This document shows positions 1 to 31,338 of a stretch of 64,000 bases of DNA, one piece after another. A program made the translations under genes and the position numbers. How positions within the stretch are numbered: position 1 is the first letter of the stretch; each line of letters starts with the position of its first letter. The notes under the pieces are model-generated. The model did not search any database. It was not told the DNA's origin and was given only the letters and a program-made list of their open reading frames with translations. The stretch comes from Lama guanicoe (taxonomy: Eukaryota): NCBI GenBank assembly GCA_013239625.1, contig MU055362.1:15545405-15609404 (forward strand). Reading direction: 5' to 3'.

Positions 1-770
1 GTGAGACTGGAGAGATGTAGGCAGGGGTAAGGCCCTTAATCGAAGGCCACAAAAAGAATCTGGAATTATCTGGAGGGAAGTGGGAAGTCACTGATAGGTT
101 TTAAGCAGGAAAAACATGATTTTTGGTAAATATCATACAACAGTGACCTTTGTGGAGAATAGGTTATTGGGTGAAAGATGGTGGTAGGGAAGAGGGTTAA
201 GAAGCTCTTGCAGTTAAGGCAAGAGATGGAGCAGAGTGGGAGTAGAGATGGAGAGAAGTAGATGTGTTGAGAGATAATGGTCAGGGCTTGGTAACTGACT
301 GGATGTAGAAGGCAAGGGGTAAGATGGTGTCAAGGATAATCCCCAGACTTGTGGCAGGAACAGCTGAGTGCATGGACATACATATACTGAGGACAGCCTT
401 GGAGGACTAAAAGACTTGGGAGAACATCAGTTTGGGACATGTTAAGTCGTCCATCTGGAGGTATCAGAGACATAGATGTACAAGTGTGTAGCTCAGAGGA
501 GGAGACTGAACTGGAGGGTTGGATATTTGGGAAATGGTGACATGGAGCTGGTACACGAAGATGTGGGCCCAGATGAGATCTTCCAGAGAGAGAAGGTGCA
601 GACTGAGGAGGGAGGAGGAGCAGTGCTGAGCCTGAGCTTTGCTGCCACATTTAGAGGGAAGCAGAGGAGAGAAGGCCAGAGGAGGGAGCCTGGGAAGAAA
701 TGGCCAGAAAGGTAGAAGAGAAGCAGGAGGGCATGATGCTCCGAGACCGGTATTGATGCTGCCTGAACGG
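1..770 (+). mobile_element. Degenerate L2 LINE fragment
   Basis: Purine-rich L2-like text (tttaagcagg, ggactggatgt, gagatgttgag); boundaries approximate. Confidence 0.6.
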
Positions 771-859
771 GCAAATATTAGGTGAAACCATAAGAAGTTG
801 CCTTCTTCTCTTTTATCCTTTTTCTTCTCTTCCCCTTCCTTTCTTATTTTCTTCCTTTT

Positions 860-987
860 AAAAAAAAATTTCTGTGGGGGAGGTAATTAGTTTTATATAT
901 TTATTTTTTAATGGAGGTACTGGGGATTGATCCCAGGACCTCGTGCATACTAAGCATGCACTCTACCACTGAGCTATACCCTCCCCC
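860..987 (-). mobile_element. tRNA-Ala-derived SINE (camelid vic-1-like)
   Basis: Reverse strand reads GGGGGAGGGTATAGCTCAGTGGTAGAGTGCATGCTTAGTATGCACGAGGTCCTGGGATCAATCCCCAGTACCTCCA plus an A-rich tail. Confidence 0.9.
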
Positions 988-1029
988 GCATCTTTCTTTT
1001 TTAAGACCAAAACCAAGTAATATTGGCAA

Positions 1030-1970
1030 GCTCATATTTAGACCAAAACCTGAAGAAGCAACTCATAACCTTAGCCTGAGAAATTTTAGTAGAGAGGTTG
1101 AAGCAGAAGCCAGACTGAAGCTGGGGAGAAGGGGAGAGAATGGAGAATAGTAAGGGAATAGAATCAACAGGACTTGGTGATTGACTGATTGTAGCAGGTG
1201 GGGTTGAGAGAGGGTGAAATCAAGGGTAACCCCCAGGTTTCAGGTTTGGCAGCTGAGTGAGTGAATGGTTGTGTCACTCAGTGAAACAAGAGGAGGTGCA
1301 TGTTTGGAGGGAGGTGTGCACAGATGGGGAGGATATAGTAAGTTTGGGGCAGGTGGAATTTGAGATGCCCCTGAGTCTTCTGAGTGACATGATGAGCTGA
1401 CATTTGGACCTATGTGTCTGGAGCAGTTCATTACCACCTACGTGTTCCTGATTCCCAAATAGACTTTAGGGAGTCAAAAACATATAGGTGGGAATGAAAT
1501 AAGTAAATAAATATTTATCAAGCACTAAGTGCGGACATTTTTCTAGGTGCTAGGGCTATACCAATGAATAAGACAAAGCCTCCCCACCCCCTACACACAC
1601 CTCCCTCTTGGAGCTTATGTTCCATCGGGGAAGGTAGAAAATAGGCAAATAAACATAAAATAACATTAAGCTGTATTATATGCTGTATAGAAAATAAAGT
1701 GGGGTAAGGGATTGGGGAGTATGAGGATGCTTGTTTGGTAGGTTAGTCAGGGAACGTCTCTGTGGAGGCACCATTTGAGCAGAGCCCTGGCGGAGATGAG
1801 AGGTCAGCCATGTGGATATCTGGAGGAGATAGGTAGGAAGAAGCTGGGCAAGTTTGAGGAACAGCAAGGAGGCTGGTGGGGCGGGAGTAGAGTGAGCAAG
1901 GAGGGAGTGGTGAAGTTGGAGAGGTAAGCAAAGGCCAGATCATGTAGGGCTCCGCAGGCCTTGGGAAGGA
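1030..1970 (+). mobile_element. Degenerate L2 LINE fragments
   Basis: aatatttatcaagcact...tgctagg...aagacaaa...ggagcttat...catttgagcagag...ggccagatcatgtagggc, typical of L2; boundaries approximate. Confidence 0.6.
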
Positions 1971-2615
1971 GGAGGGAAAGCCCTCTGTAGATAGCCCCAA
2001 GCTGCTAGAAGGGCAAGGACTGGGCAGGAAGAGAGAATTCATGAAAGGCTTCTCCTTCTATCTGGGCCCCAGAGCCAGAAAAGCCCCTTTGTGCAGAAGG
2101 TGGGTGGCCCATTCTGGTTGGGGGAATGGCTGTGCTCAGTCCTGAAGCCTGTGCCTAGAGGGGCTGGACAATGGGCCCCTTGTGGTTGGACTTGGGGGCC
2201 AAATGGCTCTCTCAATGATGGGATTCCTCAGCCAGGAGGCATGTGACCCCAAGACCTTGGCTTCTTGCCAGAGGGTCTGGGCCTATTGCTTGGGAATGGG
2301 GTGGGGAGATGGGAAGAGGTCACGGGGTGGGGTGAGGGAAACCTCCACTCTGGTGACTTTCTTCTGAGACAGTGTCCTGCCCTGTCTCAGGCTGGAGGAG
2401 GTGGAGAGATAGACAGGGAGGGGTTGTAGCTCTGCTTGAGAGAGTGGGGGAGGGCTGGAGAGCTAGAGAGCTGGAGGCTATGGGCAACGTCAACAAATGG
2501 TTTTCACAGCAGGGCAGGAGGGAGGAGCTGGCTGCCCCTGGACCTAGTGAGTAAAGGGAGGCAGAAGGGGGCCTGACAAGCCTCCATCTTGTGTCCCTTC
2601 AGAAGAGGAGAGAGC

Positions 2616-4269
2616 ATGGAGCTGGAGAGGATTGTCAGTGCAGCCCTCCTTGCCTTTGTCCAGATGCACCTTCCAGAAGCTGACCTCAGGTAGAAGCTGC
2701 CCTCCTAGAGGGATCATGGTAGGGCCCCGGTTGGAGCTGCTGGTCAGTACTCTGGGCCCTGGCCAATGGAAAGACTGGGGTGGGAACTACTCAGCCCTAT
2801 TCCTGATGTGGGGGTACTGATTTTGATTTGCTGGTATGGCCTTACCTCTCAACCTGTTCCTGTCACCCTTGTTGACCAAATGCGAAACCAAAGCTCTGAG
2901 GGAGGGTGGGATACTCTCTGGCTTTAAGGCTTACTGTCTGGCTCATGGACCCCATGAAGTCAAGGGCTAGAGTTCCAGGCTAGGTAGGGATGCTGGAGGT
3001 AACAGGGCTTGTCCTGTTTCCTTCCTACAGCGGCTTGGATGAAGTCATCTTCTCCTACGTGCTCGGGGTCCTGGAGGACCTGGGTCCCTCAGGCCCATCA
3101 GAGGAGAACTTTGATATGGAGGCCTTCACTGAAATGATGGAGGCCTATGTGCCTGGCTTCGCCCACATCCCAAGGTGGGGCCTGGCTGGGGCCAAGAGAG
3201 GGTGGGGGAGCTGGCTGATCGTGGAGGGTGGGCATAGCTGTCCTCTTATCACCCCCCTTGTCTTTTCAGGGGTACAATAGGGGACATGATGCAGAAGCTC
3301 TCAGGGCAGTTGAGTGGTGCCAGGAACAAAGGTGAGTCTGGGAATCAGGCACTTGGGTGACTCAAACCCTCACCCCCAAAGCCCTGGCAAACCTGTTGCT
3401 CTCTCTGCCTTTTTAAGAGAACCTGCAACCAAAGAGCTCTGATGTCCAAAGTCAGGTATCCATATCCCCAGAGCCCTTGCAGAGGCCTGAAAAGCTTAAA
3501 GAAGAGACTAGGTCTTCTCCTGCTGCTGCTGCTGCTGCTGGAGATACCCAAGATGAGGTACTGGTAGAGGAGGTTACCAGTGAGGGAGCTGGGGGGCAGG
3601 AAAAGAGGAAGTACTACCTTTTGTCAACATTTATGCCCACAGGCAGCCGGCACTGAGGAGGAGCTGCTGCCGGGGGTGGGTGTACTCCTGGAGGTGTTCC
3701 CTACCTGTTCGGTGGAGCAGGCCCAGTGGGTTCTGGCCAAAGCTCGGGGAGACTTGGAAGAAGCTGTGCAGATGCTGGTAGAGGGGAAGGAGGAGGGGCC
3801 TCCAGCCTGGGATGGCCCCAACCAGGTATCCTCTGCTAGACCCCCCCACCACGTGTAACCTGAGCTATGTTCCACCTTAGTAAGCCCCCGCCCCTAGCCT
3901 ATCGCCATCTGCTTCTCCTACTGGTGCCCTAGGGCCTAGACTGGGCTTCCCTCTTTGCAGGACCTGCCCAGGCAACTCAGAGGCCCCCAGAAGGATGAGC
4001 TGAAGTCCTTCATCCTGCAGAAGTGAGTCTGGGCTGGGCTGGGTCAGGCTGGGCCCTTAGAGGGTCTCCCCAGAATGACAGGAGTTTTACCCAGCTAGTT
4101 TTTGGCAGGTACATGATGGTGGATAGCGCAGAGGATCAGAAGATTCACCGGCCCATGGCTCCCAAGGAGGTGAGACAGTTGGGGCTGCTAGGGGTGTGGA
4201 GTGGGTCCAACTGTCTTCTGCTACTCAATGCGTTATTGCCTGACAGGCCCCCAAGAAGTTAATCCGGTA
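2616..4269 (+). CDS. CUEDC2: CUE domain-containing protein 2 (spliced; end of last exon and stop hidden in N-block 4270-4401)
   Basis: Coding exons 2616-2689, 3031-3174, 3270-3331, 3418-3557, 3643-3825, 3961-4022, 4109-4169, 4247->4269+, all GT-AG with consistent phases. Peptides [37 protein letters not shown] domain [59 protein letters not shown]. Non-coding exon 1 not identified in the window. Confidence 0.96.
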
Positions 4270-4551
4270 NNNNNNNNNNNNNNNNNNNNNNNNNNNNNNN
4301 NNNNNNNNNNNNNNNNNNNNNNNNNNNNNNNNNNNNNNNNNNNNNNNNNNNNNNNNNNNNNNNNNNNNNNNNNNNNNNNNNNNNNNNNNNNNNNNNNNNN
4401 NCCAGACTCTGCCCGAGCCTTCTAGGCTCAGATCCCAGAGGGATGCAGGAGCCCTACACCCCCATACAGGGCCCACCCAAACTCCTGTTCCCTTTCTTTA
4501 CCTAATTCTTGCTCCACAGTGTTAACCTCCTCTTGGAGCTGCCATGGGGAC

Positions 4552-4557
4552 AGTAAA
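4552..4557 (+). terminator. Candidate CUEDC2 polyadenylation signal (variant AGTAAA)
   Basis: Hexamer variant about 160 nt after the inferred stop, followed by U/GU-rich sequence. Confidence 0.5.
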
Positions 4558-4690
4558 GGTAGCTCCGGGAAGATGTGAGTGCATTCTGGTCATTTCATAG
4601 CTGGGGTACTGTGTCTGTCTGCCCTCTCCCAACCTCACAACCCCGATCTCCAACAGGGCAGCAGCACCAGGCAGAGGGGGTAAAAAGCTC

Positions 4691-4696
4691 TTTATT
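4691..4696 (-). terminator. FBXL15 polyadenylation signal AATAAA
   Basis: tttatt on + strand, about 115 nt past the FBXL15 stop. Confidence 0.85.
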
Positions 4697-4811
4697 GGAA
4701 GCTTCAGGATTGGGCAGGGCATTGGCCTCTCACCTGAGACCCCCACAGTTCAGTTTCCTTACAGTTCATAGGCCCTGCCACACAGTCCAGCTGTGCCCAT
4801 CGGCAGGCGTA

Positions 4812-6702
4812 TCAGACCTGCAGGTTGACAAAGGGTGCAAAGCCCGCCATGTCCTGCAGCAGCACCAGCGCCTGATGCAGGGGCGGTTCCACGTCGATGT
4901 CGACGCCGCGCTTCCGCAAGCGGCTCAGGCTGGGCTCCGCCACATGGTGGCAGTGCCGCACCCGCAGTGAGCGCAGTGCCGGGCAGTACTCCGCCAGTGT
5001 CCTGGGGGAGGAGAGGGGTGAAGCTAGGGGCATGAAGCCGCTACACCCACGGTGGGGGAGCCAGCAAAGCTCCGTCTCCCTCCAGCTCGGGGCATACTTC
5101 TTTCCTCCGGACATGAGGGAAGGGGCCTGGATTGGAGTCATACACTCAATGCCTCCAGTGAACCGGAGACTTCCTGTCTCCTAAACAGCGAAACTGCTTC
5201 TCAGCTGCGACCAGGATTGCAAGGATTTCCCCGCGTTGAAGAAAAGCCAGAACTCTTTGTATATGAAATCTCCCCGTGTGTAAATACTGATTGAAAAAAA
5301 GTTTTTAAACTCTGGGCTCCCCTAAGTTAGGCATTCCTAGAGGCTCTTCCTGTTCAGAATAGGGGGGGCATGGTAGCAGGGAGGTCCAGAAACCTCAGTT
5401 CTGCCTTTTGACAGCTACAGCCCGCTTCTACCCCCAGAAGCTTAAGTAAGTGACTGCCCTCCTCCCATCCCACCGACCCCAGGCCCAGGCACCTGACACC
5501 GTCGCTTCCGACGCGGAGGCAGCCGGTTAGGTCTAGGTGCTCGAGTTCTGGGCAGTTCCGAGCCAATTCCTGGACAGCGGCGTCCCCCACATTGGCATTG
5601 ACCGCCAGCGAGAGGATGCGGAGGCCTGCGCCGCGCCTCTGCGCCAGGTACACGATGGCCTCATCCTTGATCTGTCGGCAGGCGGTGAGGTCCAGCTCCT
5701 CGAGGGCTGGACAGCGGTCAGCGAGGCCGCGCAGTGCCAACCCATCTACCCAGTCACAGTGCGCAAGCGATAGGCGCTGCAGGCGGGGGCAGCCCTCGGC
5801 CAGCGCCCCTAGCGTGCGGCGGCTCAGTTGCCCGCAGCCGGCCAGCGCCACACTCCGAAGCTGCGGATTCCGTGCCAGCACCGGCACCAGATCGTCGTCC
5901 GACAGCCATTCGTGACATGGCGCCAGCGCCAGATCCTGCAGCCCCTCAGCGTCCCGCAGCAGCCAGGCCAATGCGGCCCGCGGGATCTGTGGACCCACCT
6001 GCGGGCGGGGAGGCACCTTGACTCTCAGCTGGTACCGGGGGCAGACGCTGCCTACCGCCCCTAAGGAGTTCTTTCCTGGCAGCAGGTCGCCCTCGGGGCT
6101 TGACATCTGCCCTCCCAGGAGAGACCCCACGCACCCTCTGAGTTGATTCCTGGTACTCGCCCTTTGAGGGTACTTCACGCTGGATGGATTGCTTTCCGGG
6201 CATTCCTGGAGGCCCAAGGGGGATCCGGAAGGGGAGACAGTGGGGCTGGGGGTTCAGGGCTGGGCTGGAGGCAGGGCAAGGGCGGGACCCAGAAGGGGGC
6301 GGGGCTCTAGCCACTGGCTCACCTGAGCGGCGTCGAAACGGCGCAGCCCAGCCAGGTGCAGCTGCACCAGCGCCCGGAAGGCCCGGCTGACGCGCTGCAG
6401 CCGGAGTAGCTGGCGCAGTGGCACCCGGCTCAGGACGTGTGGGAGCAGCACGTCTTCCCAGGGCAGGTCCAGGAGCCTGCGGGTAAAGGGGCGTTGACGG
6501 CGGCGTCCCCGGGCCGCTGTTACCTGCGAGTTCACCTCCGTTATGCTCCTGAGCCCCGGCACCTATAAGCGGCCCCAAAACACGGCCCTGGTTCGGCTTC
6601 CCTCCACCAGGTCCTTCTTCCCTCTCTCGGCCCCTCCGCTGCTCGGTACCTGACGGCTCCGGGCTCTTGCTCCCCTCCGGACGGCTCCATCGGTGGCTCC
6701 AT
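4812..6702 (-). CDS. FBXL15: F-box/LRR-repeat protein 15, 300 aa
   Basis: Exons 6650-6702, 6323-6476, 5493-5998, 4812-5001 total 903 nt. [19 protein letters not shown]-box [15 protein letters not shown], LRRs ([27 protein letters not shown]), C-terminus FAPFVNLQV*. Confidence 0.97.
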
Positions 6703-6900
6703 CGGCGGTCTACTGCGCGTGCGCAGTAAGGTCTTCTCGCTTTGGCCTTGGAGCGGCTGCAGCGAACCCGCCTACTTGGGCTGTAGGGACAGACCGATTC
6801 AATCGAGTGCCGGCTCACTGAGGCTGCTATCGGAGAGCATTCCGGACGGATACTGAAACTGAGGGCGGAACAGACCGGTGGTGTAACTTTAGACCTCGCC
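5500..6900. promoter_or_regulatory. CpG island over FBXL15 5' end and body, with NRF1-like motif tgcgcgtgcgca (6714-6725)
   Basis: High CpG density; motif read directly, just upstream of the ATG. Confidence 0.75.
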
Positions 6901-8059
6901 TTCTCTGCTACAGAGCTTGAGACGTGAGGCTGAAGAACACGGTGATGCAGCAGAGACTGGCTTCTTTTTTCGTTTGGGGCCAGTGGTCGCCTCTAAGGAA
7001 GTGATGGGAGGAGCAGGCAAAGGGGCGGGGCCAGGACTCCAAGGTTCTGGGCCTTACTTTCTCTGCCCTCTGGTCGCTTTTGGCGAGTTTGAAAAATGGG
7101 GAGAAACTATCCAGGCTCTTACTGTCTGGCACGTAGTAGATGCCCAATAATTGTTGAATGTATTGAATGGGCAAAGCTGGAATTTTTCTTCCTTCATCAA
7201 GCAAACTTGCCCCAATTTTCCATCCCTGGTTAACTGTGAAGTACAGAGCTATCTAGCCCTTTCCACTCTTTGAAGATTTGGAACGGGTATACACTTTGGT
7301 GGGAGAGATATAAGAGGCGCAAAGAAGGATTATATCTCCAGCCAGGTCCCTTTCCTTTACCCAGAAGGTCTAGAGCCCTGAAAAGAATGAGTGCTCAGTT
7401 CAGCACGCCAGGAATACTGCTTCTCTGTTGGCCTGGGGTTTTAGCTGTAGGGTCTAGGGCTGGGTCCGCCCAGAGGTAATGACACCCACCAGAGCTCTGA
7501 GCTCAGAGACTCTGGGCTGTCCACTCACAGCATCCCCAGATCCTAGTTCAAGGGTCTGCTCGCTTTGGGGAACCCCTGGAGCAGTGTTTTCCCCATCATC
7601 CATTGGAAGGGAGGGTGTGAAGGAGGCTGAGGGTTACTGCTGTCCCTGAGAGCTCCCCCTCACCAGCAGGGTTGCGCTCTCCCTTCGTCCAACCGTTTCG
7701 CCTGCCTCTTCATAAGGAAAACTGCTTCTCAAACATTATCTTATCAGGGCTTTGGGCTCCTCTGCAAGGTGAGCAGGTCTGTTCTGTCACTCCACTTTAA
7801 AGGTGAAACTGAGGCCCTCGAGTGGAAGTGCCTTGTCCGGGGTCAAGCGCGTCGGGATAAAGAACTTAGGCATTCTGATTTTCCCCGAATTCCTTTCCTA
7901 CTCCTCCACCTTTCTCCACCCCACCCACCATGCAGCGAGAAGGGAGAAAACAGCATCGCGGAAGGACCAAGAAGGGTCAACTTAGGTGAGGGACTCGCTC
8001 CCTCTTCTTCCGCCTGCTTGGATAGGGGTAGCTGGGAGGACAGATTTCTGCTCTAATAG

Positions 8060-8340
8060 AGCCAAGTGGTTGCGCACCACTTCTGGCCGCGCGCCTCCTC
8101 CTCCTCCTCCTCCTCCTCCCAGTTTTGTTCACGCTTCTGCGCCTGCGCAGTGCGACGAATCTGGCGCTGTCCCTTTCAGCACCACGCGGAGCCCGCGCCT
8201 CTCCTCCCCGCGGTGAGCCCCGCGCGCCCCCGCCTCGCACGTTCTTGCGCCCGTTGACCACCCGAACAAACCCCTTCTTCCTTCCAGGGTCACCATCTGC
8301 CTGCCCTGGTGTTCCCAAGGAAAGCAGTTGCCATAGTAAC
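8060..8340. promoter_or_regulatory. CpG-rich promoter element between divergent FBXL15 and PSD (NRF1 8138-8149, REST half-sites 8163-8184, RFX X-box 8327-8340, possible donor G|gtgagc ~8212)
   Basis: Motifs tgcgcctgcgca, ggcgctgtcc-ct-ttcagcacca and gttgccatagtaac read directly. Confidence 0.6.
8094..8119. repeat. (CCT)n triplet tract in promoter
   Basis: Read directly. Confidence 0.9.
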
Positions 8341-8989
8341 TCTAGCAGTGCTTTCTTAAAATAGCTGGGCCCGCTTCTACCTTGGCCAAGGGCACAAGGG
8401 TTGCCTGTCTCCCACTTTCTCCAGTCCAGGCGTCATTCCATCTAACCTTTTATCCCCAGACTGGCAGGATGCCTAACCTAAGCAGCAAGGAAGTTCTTTC
8501 TGAAGTCTGACTAACATTCCTGCTGCTGCATCCTGGGCAAGTAGTCAGGGTTTCATCTCCTGGGTCCAAGAGTCAGAGCCCCCAGAGGGTTTGAGGCGCT
8601 GTTCCCTAGATCTCTCTTCCNNNNNNNNNNNNNNNNNNNNNNNNNNNNNNNNNNNNNNNNNNNNNNNNNNNNNNNNNNNNNNNNNNNNNNNNNNNNNNNN
8701 NNNNNNNNNNNNNNNNNNNNNNNNNNNNNNNNNNNNNNNNNNNNNNNNNNNNNNNNNNNNNNNNNNNNNNNNNNNNNNNNNNNTGCATCTGGGTTCTGCG
8801 TGTGGCTCAGGAGGTGGTGGACGAGAGGGACGTGTACACGATTGGGGTGGGGCATGTGATGGTCAGAACAGAACCAGGGGTTCCATACGTCCTCCCCCTC
8901 GTCAGGGGCGGGTCTCAGGTTGGCGGGAGAGCCCAGCGGCGACCTAGCGTCTAAAAGGGGGGGCAGGAGGAGGAGGGACTGAGAGGCGG

Positions 8990-9097
8990 GCGGGCCTGGA
9001 GCAAGCGGGAGCAAGCGGGAGCCGTGCTGCCTTCACAGCTGAGCTGGGCCCAGCCTCTCCCCTGCCTCTCTTCGGCCCCAGCTCCAGGCGAGCAGCG
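8990..9097 (+). other. PSD: Probable non-coding first exon of PSD, spliced to acceptor at 10357
   Basis: GC-rich segment after GC boxes and tctaaaa; strong donor GCG|gtgagt at 9098; acceptor ttgcag|G at 10356/10357; start coordinate approximate. Confidence 0.6.
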
Positions 9098-10439
9098 GTG
9101 AGTACAGACGCGGCTCGAGTCCAGGTCTGCACTGGGAGCACGATGGGCCCCGATTGAGCTTCAGGAACCTGCCTGGCAGTGTTGCTGCTTCTGACCTCTG
9201 CCCCTACCCTGCATTGCCACCAGAGGCCCCTTTACCCCTTTATGGTCCCTTCTGGGCTGGACAAGATCTGTTATACCCTTGGGTTGGAGGGCGGGTGGTG
9301 GGAGCCAGAGATGGGTAGAGGGCTTTGGTGCAACCTTCCCCTCCAGAGACCAGTGACTGGTGGGGGTTGGGGGAGAAGGTATATGTCCCTGCTTAAGTAT
9401 ATGTGTGTGTGCATCTGTATTTGTGTGTGATTGTGACCAGTAGGTCTCTGTGAGTGACTAAATTGCCTGTGTCTCTGTGTGCCTTGAAGAATGAGGGCCT
9501 GTATGTATATTTGGGTATCTCTTTTTGTGTTCCTATTTGATGACAGAGTGTGTGTAAAACAAGCATGTGCCTTTCCATTACACACATATTTGTTATGACT
9601 GTGAGAGTGTATGAGGGTGTGTCTTTGAGCAATATGTGTGTGCCTGTGCCTGTGTGTGCTGGAGGGTGTTGCCTATGTATGTGTTTAGCTATGTACTGAC
9701 ATTATTTGTCCTTATGTGTGTGTGCATGAATGTGTGTAGCTGTATGGAGAATAAGAATATCCCTTTCCCATCCAGCACGTATGTGTTAGGTGAAGAGACT
9801 TCAGGCCTTTCTCCTCCCTTTCACCTATGCCTCTCAGCCCTTCGTCTCCCTATATGCCACCCCCATTCTTCTTCCCTTTCCTTCCAGGAGGCCTGAGTTC
9901 TCCCTCACTGTATGAGGGGCTTCCATAGAGAGGCTGTGGGAGACCCATGGCTAGATGATGGTGATGGCTGCTTGATACTCATGGTCCTGAGGGTGGGGTA
10001 GCTGGCTTCCCCCTCCCCTACCAGAAATAGTTCCAAAATGCCACAGGGACTCTGGGCTCACTCAATTTCTGAAATAGCTCCCTCTCTTCTCCCAGGGTGA
10101 TTCTCAGGGCCCCCAGACAGGAGAGGAGCCAGGGGCCCACTGGGGGTATTATTCTTTTTTCCTCAGGCCTCCATGGAAGTAGCCCCAGCAGGAGGACCAA
10201 TTACCCACAGGAGTGGGATAAGTGATGCCATATTCCCAGGGTGGGCTAAGACCCTGGTCCTTAGTGGCTCTAGCCAGCTTTCCCCTCCCTATCTTTGCTC
10301 TCCTGCCCGCCCAACACCCTAGCAGTTCACCCCCTACTCCCTTTCCTCTCTTGCAGGCCTGTCTGAAGAGCATGCTGCCCTCTCACTCCCCGCCTGGCCT
10401 GGCCATCCCTGCCCCCCCAGCCTGACCCCCGGCCCCAGC

Positions 10440-24028
<13,589 letters not shown>

Positions 24029-24587
24029 GTTGGGGATGGGAGTGTGTGTGGGGGGTGGTGCCCACCGGGCACCTGCATGCCGTGGTCCTGCCTGAGCCCG
24101 GGCCGGCCTCGGGCCACCTGTGAGGGCCCCTTGGCCCAGGGCCTGACCGCGCCGGACGCGGTGTCCGGGGCAGGGCAGGGCTAGGGTGTGGGCCTCAGGA
24201 GCCTTAGGCTAAAGGCCCCTCTGAGATCCCCTTTTTGTGATAATGTTTTGCACTTTTTCTTACAGGGGCTGGGGTGGGAGGGGCCAGGGCCCCTGGACTT
24301 TTGATGCTTTTTTTTTTCTTTTGTGGGGGAGACCTGACGTTTCTGCTTTCTGCTGAGACCACCCCCACCCCTGACACCAGCAATCCCCCTCCATCCTGGG
24401 GCCTGGCTCAGAGTCCAGGAGTTGGGGCTGAGCTGGTTTCCCTCCCTCTTCCCTGAGGACTCACCCTCTCTCTTTCCAGAGGTGGAGGAAAGGTGTCCAT
24501 GCCGAGGCCCCGTGCACAGGCCAGGGGCAGCATGGTCTCGCTTTCCCTCCTTCAGTGGGCCCTGCCCTTTGTACAGCCTCCACCTCC

Positions 24588-24593
24588 ATTAAA
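24588..24593 (+). terminator. PSD polyadenylation signal ATTAAA
   Basis: ATTAAA 560 nt after the stop codon. Confidence 0.75.
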
Positions 24594-24746
24594 ACTGCTC
24601 TAGACTTGCTGGCTGGGCCTCCTTCTCTCTCAAGTGACTGGCCTGAGGCCTGAGAGTAGGCATTTGGTTCCAGGGGATAAGAGTCACAATAGGAGCTGCT
24701 TTAAGTTAGAGAGGGGCCAGGCCCCCTCCTTTTCCCATGAGAATCT

Positions 24747-24752
24747 TTTATT
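24747..24752 (-). terminator. NFKB2 polyadenylation signal AATAAA
   Basis: tttatt on + strand, about 100 nt past the stop; an AU-rich TTATTTAA (minus strand) lies just upstream at 24782-24789. Confidence 0.88.
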
Positions 24753-24853
24753 TGCCCCAACTGAGGGATGGGCGTGGGGTGTTAAATAAGAACTGGAATA
24801 GGCAGGGACACTGTACAGAGGGGCCCAGAAAAAGGGCTGGTGGGTGGGTGGCA

Positions 24854-31071
<6,218 letters not shown>

Positions 31072-31328
31072 GTCTCTGGGCTAGGCCCGGCTCTGTCCGG
31101 TGGCTCCGGCCGGGTTCTGTTTCCCAGTTTCAGGCTCCCGCCTTAGGTGGGGAGAAGTGGGAGGAGGGAGAGACAGATCAGGACCGGAGTTCGTAGAGGG
31201 GCCCAGATTTGGGGGAGGGTCCGATCTCTTCCAGCCACCCGTCCGGGCGTGGCGGGCAAGATCCGGTGGAGGGCGAGATCCGGAGCTGGGCTGGGCCGGG
31301 GAAGGGGCAGGAAAGTTAGAACAGCTTA

Positions 31329-31338
31329 GGAAAGTCCC
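31329..31338 (-). promoter_or_regulatory. Canonical kappaB site GGGACTTTCC in NFKB2 intron 1 / proximal promoter
   Basis: ggaaagtccc on + strand; further kB-like sites near 31633, 31687 and 31735. Confidence 0.8.

Noticed and set aside
5354-6217. 287-aa ORF as a single-exon gene
   Set aside because: It is FBXL15 exon 3 extended by intronic sequence on both sides
5946-6818. 290-aa minus-strand ORF overlapping FBXL15
   Set aside because: Out-of-frame run through a CpG island and introns; the spliced FBXL15 model explains the region
9395-9760. TG-rich tracts (also ~17420-17770 and ~31940-32290) as structured repeats
   Set aside because: Degenerate simple-sequence DNA with no discrete unit or spacer
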